Shown: positions 27,570 through 38,483, counted from the first letter of the stretch. The stretch is DNA of 64,000 nt from an uncultured Acidobacteriota bacterium (GCA_963813155.1 CAWEYG010000001.1:64001-128000); one strand, 5' to 3'. Notes: a model not told the origin generated them from the letters alone. A program made the numbers and translations.

Positions 27570-28270
27570 AATGCCATCTCCATCCGGACCGGGACGCGGT
27601 CGGGTATTGCACCACCTGCGGGACGGGGGTCTGCGCGGAATGCCGGCGGGAAGTGCTCGGAACGATTCGCTGCCCCGCCCACGCGACGGCGACGGTGCCG
27701 GTCGCTCCGCGCCCCACGAAATCGGGGTTCCTCAGCGGATTCTTCTCGCTCATGTTCCCGGGGCTGGGACATCTCTATCTCGGCGTCTACCAGCGAGGGC
27801 TCAAATTCGGCGGCATCGCGGTCGCGCTCATCGTCGTGCTCTCCATGGAGCCGGGCCGCATGTCCGTCCTCTTCGGCGTCTCGCTCTTCTTCCTGTACGC
27901 CTTCGCGTTCTTCGACGCGCTCCATGTCTGCCATCAAATCAACGAGGGAACCTGGAGCGGAAGCTCTTTGATGCCGATGGAGAGCCGGCAGGTCGCCCGG
28001 CCAAAGTCCGGCTCCGCGACGCTCACGTGGGGCGTGATCCTCTTTGGAATCGGGTGTCTGTTCGTGGCCGACCGCTACCTCGACCTCGATCGGTTCTTCG
28101 ACTGGACGCGGGACAACATCGGATTCGTCTTCCTCGCCCTCGGCGCCGTGCTGCTCGTCGCGTACGCCCGCCGGCGGAGCCGCGAGAAAGACCGCGAGCT
28201 CGAGAATTCCGCGTCATCTCTTTCCCCGGTCCCCTCCGACTCCCCCGACCGCAACTCCTTCGTCAAGTGA
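27566..28270 (+). CDS. B-box zinc-finger membrane protein
   Basis: CHLHP..AVGYCTTCG..VCAEC; PGLGHLYLG and several TM helices. Confidence 0.8.
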   Translation: MKCHLHPDRDAVGYCTTCGTGVCAECRREVLGTIRCPAHATATVPVAPRPTKSGFLSGFFSLMFPGLGHLYLGVYQRGLKFGGIAVALIVVLSMEPGRMSVLFGVSLFFLYAFAFFDALHVCHQINEGTWSGSSLMPMESRQVARPKSGSATLTWGVILFGIGCLFVADRYLDLDRFFDWTRDNIGFVFLALGAVLLVAYARRRSREKDRELENSASSLSPVPSDSPDRNSFVK

Positions 28271-28357
28271 CCGCCCGGCGGGCCCGAAAGGGTCCGCCCG
28301 GGCCGGCCCTTCCCCCAGCCCCAGCGACTCGCAGCCCGCCATCCGAATGGCGAATCG

Positions 28358-30079
28358 CTATCGGCGCTTGAAAAAAGTCAGCAGGTCGGAATCGGAGAGC
28401 GAGAGCACGACCGGACGGCCGTGGGGACAGGTGAAGCGATCCTCACACTTGATCCAGTCCCCGAGCAACCGCTCGATCTCCGCGTGCGCGAGGCGGTGGC
28501 GGATCGTGATCGCGGACCGGCACGCCACCGTCGCGGCGACGCGGTCCCGGCGCCCCTCGATCTCTTTCGAGCCCTTGAGGAGCTCCGCGAGAACGTCGCG
28601 CAGAAACGGCGCGGGGTCCCGGCCCGAGGCTTCCGACGGCACTCCGGCGATCGCGTACGCGCGGCCCGACATGGGCTCGATCTCGAATCCCGCGGCCGCG
28701 AGCAGATCGCGGCCCTCCTCGAGAATGAGAGCCTCCTCGGGCGAGGCCTCGAACACCGCGCCGGTCAGGAGCGCCTGAGAGAAGGCACGTCCCTGGCGAA
28801 TCCGGTCGCGGAATTTCTCGTACAGGATCCGCTCGTGCGCGGCGTGCTGGTCCAGGACGAGGAGTCCGGCGGCCCCTTCCGCGACGAGAAACGATTCGTC
28901 GTACTGGCCGATTGCGCGAATCGGCTCGGGCTTCTCGATCTCGACCTGAACGCTCGCCGGCGCCGGTCCGGGCTTCTCGATCCGGAGCTTGCGCTCCGAA
29001 GACGGCTGCTCGGGGGCTGCCGCGTAGACTTCCGCCGCTTCCGCCACCGAAAAGTCCGTCGACGGCACGGGCACGAGACGCCGCTCCTGCTTGCCGGCGG
29101 TCAGGGCGGAGAGGACGCCGTGAAAGACGAGACGATAGACCTCCGAGGGCTGCGCGAACCGCACCTCCGTCTTCGCGGGCGAGACGTTAACGTCGACGGT
29201 TCCCTCCGGGGCCGTCAGGAAGAGGAACACTCCCGGGTGGCGATCCGTTCGAATCGCCTCCTTGGCCGCCTGCTGGATCGCGCGCGACACGCCCCGGTCC
29301 TCGACGGCCCGCGAGTTGACGAAAAGAAACTGGAGACGGCGCGATGCGAATGTGATCGATCCTCTCGTCGCGAGCCCCGAAAGCCGCAGCTGCCCGGCGC
29401 GGGCCTCGAACGGGAGAAGGTCCCCGAGCGCGTCACGGCCGAAGAGCTGCAGGCCGCGCTCCGCGCAGTCCGCCGCACGCGCAACGTCGAACAGCTCCCG
29501 GCCGTTCGACCGGAGCGCGAACCGCACGCCGGGGTGGGCCAGCGCGAGCCGGGTCGCGACTTTCGAGATCTCCCTCGCCTCGGCTTCGGGGGTTTTCAGA
29601 AACTTCCGGCGCGCGGGGGTCTTCCGAAAGAGGTCTTCGACGAGAACGTCGGTGCCCCTCGGCCGGGCGGCCGGCTCCTCGCGGCGCGGGCCGCCAAAGT
29701 CGATCCGAATCCGCGTTCCGCCCGGGCCCGTTCCATCGGAGGTCGTCAGCGTGAATTTCGAGACCGACGCGATCGAGGGAAGGGCCTCGCCGCGAAACCC
29801 GTACGACATCACGCGGACGAGGTCTTCCTCCGTTCGAATCTTCGAGGTGGCGTGCCGTTCGACGGAGAGGAGCGCGTCTTCGCGGGACATCCCGCTGCCG
29901 TCGTCGCGAACCCGGAGAGATCCGATCCCGCCCTCCCCGACGTCGATCTCGATCCAGCTCGCGCCCGCGTCGAGAGAATTCTCGATCAGCTCCTTGGCGA
30001 GCGACGCGGGCCTCTCGACGACCTCGCCGGCCGCGATCCGATCGATCGTCCGGGAGTCCAGCGCGCGGATCTTCGGCAT
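28358..30079 (-). CDS. mutL: DNA mismatch repair endonuclease MutL
   Basis: IAAGEVVERP, GFRGEAL, DQHAAHER and CPHGRP. Confidence 0.96.
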   Translation of the reverse strand: MPKIRALDSRTIDRIAAGEVVERPASLAKELIENSLDAGASWIEIDVGEGGIGSLRVRDDGSGMSREDALLSVERHATSKIRTEEDLVRVMSYGFRGEALPSIASVSKFTLTTSDGTGPGGTRIRIDFGGPRREEPAARPRGTDVLVEDLFRKTPARRKFLKTPEAEAREISKVATRLALAHPGVRFALRSNGRELFDVARAADCAERGLQLFGRDALGDLLPFEARAGQLRLSGLATRGSITFASRRLQFLFVNSRAVEDRGVSRAIQQAAKEAIRTDRHPGVFLFLTAPEGTVDVNVSPAKTEVRFAQPSEVYRLVFHGVLSALTAGKQERRLVPVPSTDFSVAEAAEVYAAAPEQPSSERKLRIEKPGPAPASVQVEIEKPEPIRAIGQYDESFLVAEGAAGLLVLDQHAAHERILYEKFRDRIRQGRAFSQALLTGAVFEASPEEALILEEGRDLLAAAGFEIEPMSGRAYAIAGVPSEASGRDPAPFLRDVLAELLKGSKEIEGRRDRVAATVACRSAITIRHRLAHAEIERLLGDWIKCEDRFTCPHGRPVVLSLSDSDLLTFFKRR

Positions 30080-30089
30080 CTCGGTCGGC

Positions 30090-32834
30090 TCAGGCGGTCG
30101 ACGAAATCGCGCCCGCCGAAAGCGCGGCGCGGGCCGCCGCGAGCCGCGCGATCGGAACGCGATACGGAGAGCAGGAGACGTAGTCGAGTCCCGTCTGGTG
30201 GAAGAACGTGATCGAGGCGGGATCGCCGCCGTGTTCGCCGCAGACTCCGACCTTGAGCTTCGCGCGCGCCGAACGGCCGCGCGCGGTCCCGAGCGAGACG
30301 AGCTGCCCGACCCCGGCCGCGTCGATCGAGGCGAACGGGTCGCTCGGAAGAATTCCCGCCTCCAGGTAATGGGGCAGGAACGACCCGATGTCGTCCCGCG
30401 AGTATCCGAAAGTCATCTGCGTGAGGTCGTTCGTGCCGAAGGAGAAGAATTCCGCCTCCGCCGCGATCTCCGCCGCCAGCAGCGCGGCACGCGGGATTTC
30501 GATCATCGTCCCGACGAGGTAGGGCACGCGGCGGCCCTTCTCACGGAAGACGTCGCGCGCGATCCGGTCCGTCATGTCGCGCAGGACCGTGAATTCCGCG
30601 ACCGTTCCGACGAGGGGAATCATGATTTCGGGAATGGGCCGAATGCCGCTTCGCGCGACGTCGACCGCCGCTTCCAGAATCGCCCTCACCTGGATCTCAT
30701 AGATCTCGGGGTGCGTCAGCCCCAGCCGGCAGCCCCGGTGACCGAGCATCGGATTCGCCTCCGAAAGGCCTTCGACCTTTCCCTTGAGCACTTCGACCGA
30801 GACGCCCATCTCCTTCGCGGTTGCGGCGAGCGCCTTCGGTTCGCGCGGAAGGAATTCGTGGAGCGGCGGATCGAGCAATCGGATCGTCACCGGGAGATCG
30901 CGCATCTCGCGGAAGATCCCGGCGAAATCGCCCCTCTGCATGGGAAGGATTTTCGTGAGGGCCTTTTTTCTCTCCTCCGGCGTTTCCGAGAGGATCATCT
31001 CGCGCACTGCCGTGATTCGCTCTTCCTCGAAGAACATGTGCTCCGTGCGGCAGAGCCCGATCCCCTCCGCGCCGAAGGCTCGCGCCACGTGCGCGTCGCG
31101 AGGAGTGTCGGCATTGGCGCGGACGCCGAGCGTTCTCACCTCGTCGGCCCAGCCGAGAAGGCGCGCGAACTGGCGATAGATCTTCGAATCGGAGGGCTTG
31201 ATCTTTCCCTCGACGGCCACCTGGATGACCTCCGACGGCCGCGTCGAGAGCTTTCCCGAGAGCACTTCGCCCGTCGTCCCGTCGACGGAGAGAAAATCGC
31301 CCTCGGAGACCGTCTGGCCCCGCGACATGAGGCGCGCGTAGCGGGAGTCGATCGTGAGCTCCCCGCAGCCGACGACGCAGCACTTTCCCATTCCCCGCGC
31401 GACGACGGCGGCATGGGAGGTCATTCCGCCCCGCGAGGTCAGGATCCCTTTCGACGCCGCCATGCCGAGGATGTCCTCGGGCGACGTCTCCGCCCGGACC
31501 AGAATCACCGGATCGCCGCGTTGCGCCATCTCGACGGCGCGTTCGGCCGAAAACGCCGCTCGCCCGCACGCGGCGCCCGGCCCCGCCGGAAGGCCACGGG
31601 CGAGAAGCCGGCCCTCGGCGACCGCCTCCTCCTTCTCCGCGAGGGGAAAAACGGGCGCCAGCAGCTGCGAGAGCTGCTCCGGGTCGACCCGCGTCAGCGC
31701 CTCTTTCTTCGAGATCCGCTTCTCGTCGACCAGGTCGCAGGCGATCTTCACGGCCGCAAAGCCGGTTCGTTTTCCGTTTCGCGTCTGCAGGATGTAGAGC
31801 CTGCCGCTCTCGATCGTGAACTCGATGTCCTGCATGTCGCGGAAGTTCTTCTCGAGAGCCTGCCGCACGCGCAGGAGCCTTCCGTAGACCGAGGGCATCG
31901 TCTCCTCGAGGGAGTCGCCCCGGCCCGTCGCCGAGATCGGGTGGGGCGTGCGGATTCCGGCGACGACGTCCTCGCCCTGGGCGTTCGGGAGGAACTCGCC
32001 GTAAAGGCTCCTTTCCCCCGTCGCGGGATTGCGGGTGAACGCGACGCCGGTCGCGCAGTCGTCTCCGAGATTGCCGAAGACCATCGCCTGCACCGTCACG
32101 GCCGTTCCCCAGGACTCGGGAATGTGGTTGAGCTTGCGGTACGCCCTCGCCCGCTCGTTGTCCCACGACTGAAAAACGGCTCCGATCGCGCCCCAGAGCT
32201 GCTTGCGCGGATCCTCCGGAAACCGCTTGCCCTGCTTGCGGATGATTTCGAGGTACTTCGTCGAGAGAGCCCGAAGGTCCTGCGCCGAGAGCTCCGCGTC
32301 GGTCGCGACGCCGGCGCGCTTGCGCGCAGCCGCGATCGCGTCCTCGAACTTGTTCTTCGGCACTTTCAGCACGACGTCCCCGTACATCGAGATCAGCCGC
32401 CGGCGGCAATCGCGCGCGAAGCGCTCCCCCGCCGCGTGTCCGAAGCCGGCCTTCGCCTCGTGCGTGAGCCCGAGGTTCAGGATCGTGTCCATCATTCCGG
32501 GCATCGAAGCCGGAGCGCCCGAACGCACCGACACGAGAAGAGGGTTGTCGCCGTCCCCGAAGACTTTGCCGGTCACCTTCTCGAGGCGCGAGAGATGCGC
32601 TTCGACCTCGGCTTCGAGCCCGGCCGGATATTTCCCCGTCTTCGAGTACTTCGCGCAGACCGCGGTCGAAATGACGAAGCCCGGAGGCACCGGCACCCCC
32701 ATGGAAGTCATCTGGACGAGGCCGTATCCCTTTCCGCCGAGAGTCTCGCGGCCGAGCTTGCGGCCTTCGGTCCCGCCGTCGCCGAAAAAGAAGACCCGCT
32801 TTTCCTTCCTCTCCCGCGCCGCCTTTTTCTTCAT
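30090..32834 (-). CDS. ppdK: Pyruvate, phosphate dikinase
   Basis: SVRSGA..SMPGMMDT, GGMTSHAAVVARG, GLCRTEHMF and GTNDLTQ. Confidence 0.97.
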   Translation of the reverse strand: MKKKAARERKEKRVFFFGDGGTEGRKLGRETLGGKGYGLVQMTSMGVPVPPGFVISTAVCAKYSKTGKYPAGLEAEVEAHLSRLEKVTGKVFGDGDNPLLVSVRSGAPASMPGMMDTILNLGLTHEAKAGFGHAAGERFARDCRRRLISMYGDVVLKVPKNKFEDAIAAARKRAGVATDAELSAQDLRALSTKYLEIIRKQGKRFPEDPRKQLWGAIGAVFQSWDNERARAYRKLNHIPESWGTAVTVQAMVFGNLGDDCATGVAFTRNPATGERSLYGEFLPNAQGEDVVAGIRTPHPISATGRGDSLEETMPSVYGRLLRVRQALEKNFRDMQDIEFTIESGRLYILQTRNGKRTGFAAVKIACDLVDEKRISKKEALTRVDPEQLSQLLAPVFPLAEKEEAVAEGRLLARGLPAGPGAACGRAAFSAERAVEMAQRGDPVILVRAETSPEDILGMAASKGILTSRGGMTSHAAVVARGMGKCCVVGCGELTIDSRYARLMSRGQTVSEGDFLSVDGTTGEVLSGKLSTRPSEVIQVAVEGKIKPSDSKIYRQFARLLGWADEVRTLGVRANADTPRDAHVARAFGAEGIGLCRTEHMFFEEERITAVREMILSETPEERKKALTKILPMQRGDFAGIFREMRDLPVTIRLLDPPLHEFLPREPKALAATAKEMGVSVEVLKGKVEGLSEANPMLGHRGCRLGLTHPEIYEIQVRAILEAAVDVARSGIRPIPEIMIPLVGTVAEFTVLRDMTDRIARDVFREKGRRVPYLVGTMIEIPRAALLAAEIAAEAEFFSFGTNDLTQMTFGYSRDDIGSFLPHYLEAGILPSDPFASIDAAGVGQLVSLGTARGRSARAKLKVGVCGEHGGDPASITFFHQTGLDYVSCSPYRVPIARLAAARAALSAGAISSTA

Positions 32835-32880
32835 CTGTCGTTCCCGTTTCCCGGCCGAATCGGCCGTCGCCGTGCCCGTT

Positions 32881-34965
32881 CTATTTCTCGACCACGATCT
32901 CCGAGATGTCCGCGAAGTTCCGGAATTCCGTCTGGACCGCGGACAGCAGCGCGTGGCGATTGTTCCTCAGCTCCGCTTCCGGCGCGTTGACGAGTACGTC
33001 GGTGAAAAAACGGTCGAGCGCCGGAGCGAGAGAGGTCATGGCGGCGAGCACTTCCACGTAGCGGCAGGATGCCATCAGGCCGCGAACGGACGCCGAGAGC
33101 TGAGCGAAGTCGGCCGCGAGGTTCCGTTCCGCGGGCTCGCGATAGAGAGCCGCATCGGGGTCGCCGAGCGATCCCTTCTCGAGGATCTTGCGAATCCGCT
33201 TGACGGAAAGGGAGAGCGACCGGAAGTCTTCCCGCCGCCGGGCGTCCGCCAGGGCCCGGGCCCGGTCGGAGAGATCTGCGAAATCCCAGGAGCCCCCCGC
33301 GAGCACGGCCGTGACGACGTCGGCGGAAAGGCCGCGCTTCTCGAACAGGAAATGTACGCGGTCGGCCAGGAACTCGAAGAGCTGCCGGAGCGCCTCGTCG
33401 GATTGCGACGTCATCGCGGCCCCGTAAAGCCCGAGGGCCTTCCGAAAGATCAGCTTCCAGTCGGCGCGCCACCCGCGCGAGATCGCGATCGACACGAGAC
33501 CCTGCGCCGCCCGCCGGAGGCCATACGGATCCTTGCTGCCGGTCGGGATCAGGCCGATCCCGAAGAAACCCGCGAGCGTGTCCACCCGGTCGGCGAGCGA
33601 AAGGATCGCCCCGGTCTCGGTGCGCGGGGGCTCGTCGTCGGCGGAAACGGGCTTGTACTGGTCGTAGATCCCCTTCCAGACTTCTTCGGCAGCGCCCTCC
33701 CGCCGGGCATACAGTCCGCCGACGATCCCCTGCAGGTCGGTGAACTCTCGCACCATCGCGGTCGTGAGATCGACCTTGGAGAGTCTCGTGGCTTCGAGCG
33801 CCGTTCGAACCCGTTCCGGCCGGGTCACGAGCGCGCCGATCGCCTCGGAAAGCTCCTGCAGCCGGCCGGTCTTCTGGAGGTAGTCCCCAAGCCGGTCGTG
33901 AAACGAGAGACGCGCGAGCTTTCCGACCTTCGAAGCGAACGGCTCGCGCGTGTCCTCCTGGAAGAAAAATCGAGCGTCGGAAAGGCGCGCGTTCACGACC
34001 CACTCGTTTCCCTTCGCGATCAGGCCCTTCCGGTCCTCCGCCTGGTCCATGACGGCGAGGAAATGCGGCGTCAATCCTTCCCGCCCCCGCACCGGAAGGT
34101 ACTTCTGGTGGACCCGCATCGTCGTGACGAGGACTTCTTCGGGGAGCTCGAGGAACTTCGGATCGAACGTCCCGGAAACCAGGCCCGGCGACTCCACGAG
34201 ATCGGAAAGCGTCGCAATGAGATCCGCGTCCGCCTCGATCGATCCGCCGAGGCCGGTCGCGAGAGCGCGCGCCCGCTCGAGAAGAACCGCGGCCCGCTCG
34301 CCGCCGTCCGGCTCGACACCGGCCGCGCGCAACTTCGCGAGATAGTCGGAAAACGACCCGACCTCGATTTCCCCTTCCGAGAACGCCCGATGGCCGAGCG
34401 TTCGCGATCCCGAGCGAACGCCGAAAATCTCGAACGGCACGACGTCTCCGCCGAAGAGGGCCACGATCCGATGGAGAGGCCGGACGAAAGAATAGGCTCC
34501 CGCGCCCCATCGCATCATTTTCGGAAAGGCGAGAGACGCGACGATCCGGGGAACGAGCTCGCCGAGAATCTCCGGCGTCGATCGGCCGGCGACGGTCTTG
34601 CGCGCGAGGAGCACGTCTCCCTTCGGGCCGCGAACGCGGCGCAGTTCCGACAGGGCGACGCCCTGCGCGCGCGCGAACCCTTCCGCCATCTTCGTGGGCT
34701 TTCCGTCCGGATCGACGGCTTTTTCGGCCGGAGGCCCCATGACTTCGACCGTCCTGTCCTCCTGCCGCCTCGGGAGATTCTCGACGACGACGATGAGACG
34801 GCGCGGCGTCGCGATCGCCTCGATCGAGGACGACGACAGGTTCGCTTCGGCCAGCTCGTCGGAGAACTTCCGGGCCAGGTCCGCGCGAGCGCCGGGAATC
34901 GCGCCCGCCGGCATCTCTTCGACGAGCAGCTCGAGAAAAAAGTCCGAGTGGGAGTCGCGGCTCAT
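32881..34965 (-). CDS. glyS: Glycine-tRNA ligase beta subunit
   Basis: LLVEEMP, TPRRL, MRWG, EFTDLQG and [10 protein letters not shown]. Confidence 0.95.
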   Translation of the reverse strand: MSRDSHSDFFLELLVEEMPAGAIPGARADLARKFSDELAEANLSSSSIEAIATPRRLIVVVENLPRRQEDRTVEVMGPPAEKAVDPDGKPTKMAEGFARAQGVALSELRRVRGPKGDVLLARKTVAGRSTPEILGELVPRIVASLAFPKMMRWGAGAYSFVRPLHRIVALFGGDVVPFEIFGVRSGSRTLGHRAFSEGEIEVGSFSDYLAKLRAAGVEPDGGERAAVLLERARALATGLGGSIEADADLIATLSDLVESPGLVSGTFDPKFLELPEEVLVTTMRVHQKYLPVRGREGLTPHFLAVMDQAEDRKGLIAKGNEWVVNARLSDARFFFQEDTREPFASKVGKLARLSFHDRLGDYLQKTGRLQELSEAIGALVTRPERVRTALEATRLSKVDLTTAMVREFTDLQGIVGGLYARREGAAEEVWKGIYDQYKPVSADDEPPRTETGAILSLADRVDTLAGFFGIGLIPTGSKDPYGLRRAAQGLVSIAISRGWRADWKLIFRKALGLYGAAMTSQSDEALRQLFEFLADRVHFLFEKRGLSADVVTAVLAGGSWDFADLSDRARALADARRREDFRSLSLSVKRIRKILEKGSLGDPDAALYREPAERNLAADFAQLSASVRGLMASCRYVEVLAAMTSLAPALDRFFTDVLVNAPEAELRNNRHALLSAVQTEFRNFADISEIVVEK

Positions 34966-35852
34966 GCCGCGCCGACGGGCTCGGGTTGGGCGAGGGGAAA
35001 TCCCTGCTCCTCCCTCGACGCGAGATGAGCCCTCGCGACGGCACACGCGAGATCCCGGACCCTGCGGATCGCGGTGACGCGTTCGGTTGCCGAGATCGCG
35101 CCGCGCGCGTCGAGAAGGTTGAACTGGTGCGAGCAGAGGAGCGCGGCCTCGTACGCGGGAATCACGAGCCCGGCCGCGAGAGCGAGCTTCGCCTCGCGCT
35201 CCGAGCGGTCGAACATCGTCTGAGCCCACTCCGTGTCGGCGATCTCGAAGGCGTACTTCGAAAGCTCGACTTCTTCGTGCCGCCGGATCTGCCCGTACGT
35301 GAGGCGGTCGTTCCAGAGGACGTCGAAGATGGAGCTCGCCTTGCACAGGAACATCGCGATCCGCTCGACGCCGTAGGTGATCTCGGCGGAAACCGGCGCG
35401 AGATCGATCCCGCCGGCCTGCTGGAAATACGTGAACTGGGAAATCTCCATTCCGTCCATGAGGACCTGCCAGCCGACGCCCCAGGCGCCGAGCGTGGGAG
35501 ATTCCCAGTTGTCCTCCTCGAATCGAATGTCATGGTCGGCGAGGTCGACGCCGAGCCGCTGCAGGCTCCTGAGGTAGACGTCCTGCACGTCCTCCGGCGA
35601 GGGCTTGAGAACCACCTGATACTGGAAGTACTTGCCGAGGCGAAAAGGGTTCTCGCCGTAGCGGCCGTCGGCCGGACGGCGCGAGGGCTGGGCATACGCG
35701 CAACGCCACGGTTCGGGCCCGAGAACCCGGAGAAACGTGTCGGGGTGCATCGTCCCCGCGCCCATCGGAAGATCAAACGGCTGCTGGATCAGGCACCCTT
35801 CGGCCTCCCAGAAAGTCTGGAGACCGGAGAGAACTTTTTGAAGCGTGATCAC
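34962..35852 (-). CDS. glyQ: Glycine-tRNA ligase alpha subunit
   Basis: [31 protein letters not shown] and EITYGVER. Confidence 0.97.
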   Translation of the reverse strand: MITLQKVLSGLQTFWEAEGCLIQQPFDLPMGAGTMHPDTFLRVLGPEPWRCAYAQPSRRPADGRYGENPFRLGKYFQYQVVLKPSPEDVQDVYLRSLQRLGVDLADHDIRFEEDNWESPTLGAWGVGWQVLMDGMEISQFTYFQQAGGIDLAPVSAEITYGVERIAMFLCKASSIFDVLWNDRLTYGQIRRHEEVELSKYAFEIADTEWAQTMFDRSEREAKLALAAGLVIPAYEAALLCSHQFNLLDARGAISATERVTAIRRVRDLACAVARAHLASREEQGFPLAQPEPVGAA

Positions 35853-35861
35853 GCTTCAAAA
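35836..35861. repeat. Perfect 26-bp palindrome overlapping the glyQ start codon
   Basis: TTTTGAAGCGTGA|TCACGCTTCAAAA. Confidence 0.95.
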
Positions 35862-35903
35862 TATAGCATGTCGCCCCCGCGCGCCGGCGTCGCCGCGGGT
35901 TCC

Positions 35904-36638
35904 TCACCACAACTGCGAGAGCACGCGCTGCGACTTGAGCTCGTGGCCGAGAAAGTGGCGCCGCACCCGCCCGAGAATGTCGCCGATCTCGGGAAGGGAC
36001 GGCCCGCCGATCGCGAGCGCGTCGAGCGGCCGCGAGAGAATCGCCGAAATTCCTTCCGAGGCGGCGCGAGTGAGCTTCCGCGACCCGGGCCGCGCGCATT
36101 CGCCGCCGAGAAATCCGGGGAGCGACTCGTCGAAGTAAAACGGCGCCGCGAGATCGGGCCTCCCGCACTGGGCGCACGCCGAGGGCGGAGGAAGCACTCC
36201 CGAAAGGCGCAGCACCCACGCGTCGAAATACACCGCGACGACGCGGGGCGGCAGGCCGCCGAACAGCGCGTCCATCGCGTGGCGGGCGAGGCGAAAGAAC
36301 TTCTCCGACGGATCCGAATCCGAAACGAACGTGATCAGCGATTCCGCGAGGGCCGAGAGGAGGAGTCCCGTGCGCAGGTCCGAGGCGAGCGGAAACGACG
36401 AGCGCACGAGCTCGAGCGAATCGAGTCGGTGGAGGTCGCGGCCCTCCTTCTCGAAGGAAATCACCTCCGCCTCGCTCATGGGCTCGAGAGCGCCGGAGAA
36501 CGCGCTCTGCAGCCGGCGCGCGCCCCGCGCGACGACGCGCTTCTTTCCGGCTTCTTCCGTCAGCAGCGTCACGATGCGGTCCTTCTCGCGCAGCGGGACC
36601 GCGCTCAGGACGAAGGCTTTGTGGCGGACGAGGGGCAC
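35904..36638 (-). CDS. recO: DNA repair protein RecO
   Basis: EKDRIVTLLT...VARGAR, LEP and CAQC; recO-glyQS synteny. Confidence 0.92.
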   Translation of the reverse strand: MPLVRHKAFVLSAVPLREKDRIVTLLTEEAGKKRVVARGARRLQSAFSGALEPMSEAEVISFEKEGRDLHRLDSLELVRSSFPLASDLRTGLLLSALAESLITFVSDSDPSEKFFRLARHAMDALFGGLPPRVVAVYFDAWVLRLSGVLPPPSACAQCGRPDLAAPFYFDESLPGFLGGECARPGSRKLTRAASEGISAILSRPLDALAIGGPSLPEIGDILGRVRRHFLGHELKSQRVLSQLW

Positions 36639-36674
36639 GAGCTCATGCTATCTCGCGGTGATAGCCTGCCCGTC

Positions 36675-37868
36675 ATGGCCGCGACGCGCCGGCGCTTCCT
36701 CGATCTCGACGCGATCGTCATTTCGCTCGGGTTCGTTTCGCTCTTCAACGACATCGCCTCCGAGATGATCTATCCCCTCCTGCCGTCGTTTCTCGCGGTG
36801 ACGCTCGGGGCCGGCCCCGCCGCGATCGGAATCGTCGAGGGCGTCGCCGAATCCACCGCGTCCCTGGGAAAGGGGCTCTTCGGGTGGCTCTCCGACCGCA
36901 GGGGCCGCCGCAAGCCGTTCGTCGCGGCGGGGTACGCGGCGTCGGTCTTCGCGCGTCCCCTCCTTTCCGCCGCCCCCGGCTGGGGAGCGGTTCTCGGAAT
37001 CCGTTTCCTGGATCGCGTCGGAAAGGGCGTCCGGACCGCGCCGCGGGACTCGATGATCGCCGCGGCGGTCGAACCGGGACGGCGCGGCCTCGCTTACGGA
37101 TTCGACCGCGCGATGGACAACGCCGGGGCCATGATCGGACCGCTCGTCGCGGCCCTGCTGCTGCGATTCGCGTTCAAGAGCGTCCGGCCGGTCTTCGCGC
37201 TTTCGATCGTCCCCGGGCTGATCGCCCTCGGATTTCTCCAGTTCGGCGCGAAGGAGAAACATTCGCCTCCGCCGGCCGTGAACGCTCCACGGCCGCCCGG
37301 GGACGGGGCTCTGTCGAGACGCTTTCTCTTCCTGATCGCGATCTTCGCCTTCTTCGGGCTCGCGAGCTCCACCGACGCGTTCCTGCTTCTCCGGGCGCAG
37401 CAGTGCGGAGTTCCCCTCTGGGCGGTGCCCCTGCTGTGGGCCGCTTTCAACGGAGTGAAGGCCGCGGCGAGCACGCCGCTCGGCTCCCTGGCGGATCGAA
37501 TCGGGAGGACTCCCTCGATTCTGCTCGGCTGGGGAGTCTACGCGGGGAGCTATTTCGGCTTCGCCCTCGCGCGCTCGCCGCAGGCGGCCTGGGCGCTTTT
37601 TTTGACTTATGCACTTTTTTACGCCCTGACGGAAGGCCCCGAACGGGCGCTCGTCGCCGGGATGGCCGGGGAGAGCTCCCGAGGGCGGGCATTCGGCCTG
37701 TTCCACATGACGCAGGGAATCGTGGCCCTTCCGGCCTCGGTAGTATTCGGGCTCCTCTGGCGAAAGTTCGGCCCGGCGGTCGCGTTCGAGACGGGCGCGG
37801 CGGTCGCGGCCGCGGCGGCCCTGCTTCTGGCTGTCTTCGCAATCGGACAGTCCCGGGGCAAGAAATGA
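36675..37868 (+). CDS. MFS transporter
   Basis: DIASEMIYP, SDRRGRRK, DRVGKGVRTAPRD; about 12 TM helices. Confidence 0.93.
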   Translation: MAATRRRFLDLDAIVISLGFVSLFNDIASEMIYPLLPSFLAVTLGAGPAAIGIVEGVAESTASLGKGLFGWLSDRRGRRKPFVAAGYAASVFARPLLSAAPGWGAVLGIRFLDRVGKGVRTAPRDSMIAAAVEPGRRGLAYGFDRAMDNAGAMIGPLVAALLLRFAFKSVRPVFALSIVPGLIALGFLQFGAKEKHSPPPAVNAPRPPGDGALSRRFLFLIAIFAFFGLASSTDAFLLLRAQQCGVPLWAVPLLWAAFNGVKAAASTPLGSLADRIGRTPSILLGWGVYAGSYFGFALARSPQAAWALFLTYALFYALTEGPERALVAGMAGESSRGRAFGLFHMTQGIVALPASVVFGLLWRKFGPAVAFETGAAVAAAAALLLAVFAIGQSRGKK

Positions 37869-37913
37869 GGAACCTTTTGCGTCCCTCCTCCGTATCAAGG
37901 AGGGGGCAAGGAT

Positions 37914-38429
37914 ATGAAACGTCGCGAGCTCGAAAAAGCGCTGCTAGTCCTGGAAACGACGCCTCTTCTCCTGAAGCAGGTCGAGGGGTTTTCGACCGCT
38001 CGGGCGGCCCGCGACCGCGGGGACGGGGTATCGGCGCGCGACCGGATCTGGGCCCTGGCGCTCCTCGAAAAGGACCTCTGGAACCGGAGCATCCGCCTTC
38101 TCCTCTCGGAGGATTCGCCGCGCCTCCTCGAGGTCTGCGAGCCCGAGATCTTCTTGAGGGCGGCCCGAATGCCGGGAGACCACCGGGAAGCACTGCGCGC
38201 TTTCGGGGTCTTCCGGGGACAAAACGTCCGCCTTCTGAGACAGGTCTCGGGACGCGAATGGGATCGCCGCGGTTTCTTTGAAACGGACCGTCCCTTGATC
38301 CTCCGGGACGTGCCGGCCTCGATGGTGAAAACGGACGAACGACATCAATCGAAGCTCCTCCAGGCCCTCCCGGACGCCGAAAGCCGGCGGGAATCCCGTT
38401 CGACGGCCCTGGCCGGCTTCTGCGCCTGA
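37914..38429 (+). CDS. DinB-superfamily-like protein with degenerate His ligands
   Basis: Resembles the DinB_2 pattern (L..TP, SAR, F..FR..N..LL, W.R.G). Confidence 0.55.
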   Translation: MKRRELEKALLVLETTPLLLKQVEGFSTARAARDRGDGVSARDRIWALALLEKDLWNRSIRLLLSEDSPRLLEVCEPEIFLRAARMPGDHREALRAFGVFRGQNVRLLRQVSGREWDRRGFFETDRPLILRDVPASMVKTDERHQSKLLQALPDAESRRESRSTALAGFCA

Positions 38430-38483
38430 AAAGAGATCGATTCCGCGGTCCGTTCCCCCCACCCCTTCACCCTTTCTTCGAAT

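Noticed and set aside
28277-28298. GGCGGGCCC-gaaa-GGGTCCGCC hairpin between convergent genes
   Set aside because: Likely an ordinary 3' stabilising or terminating hairpin; nothing further supports a special role.
35845-36138. Plus-strand ORF starting MITLQ, like glyQ
   Set aside because: A by-product of the palindrome; the rest is antisense to recO.
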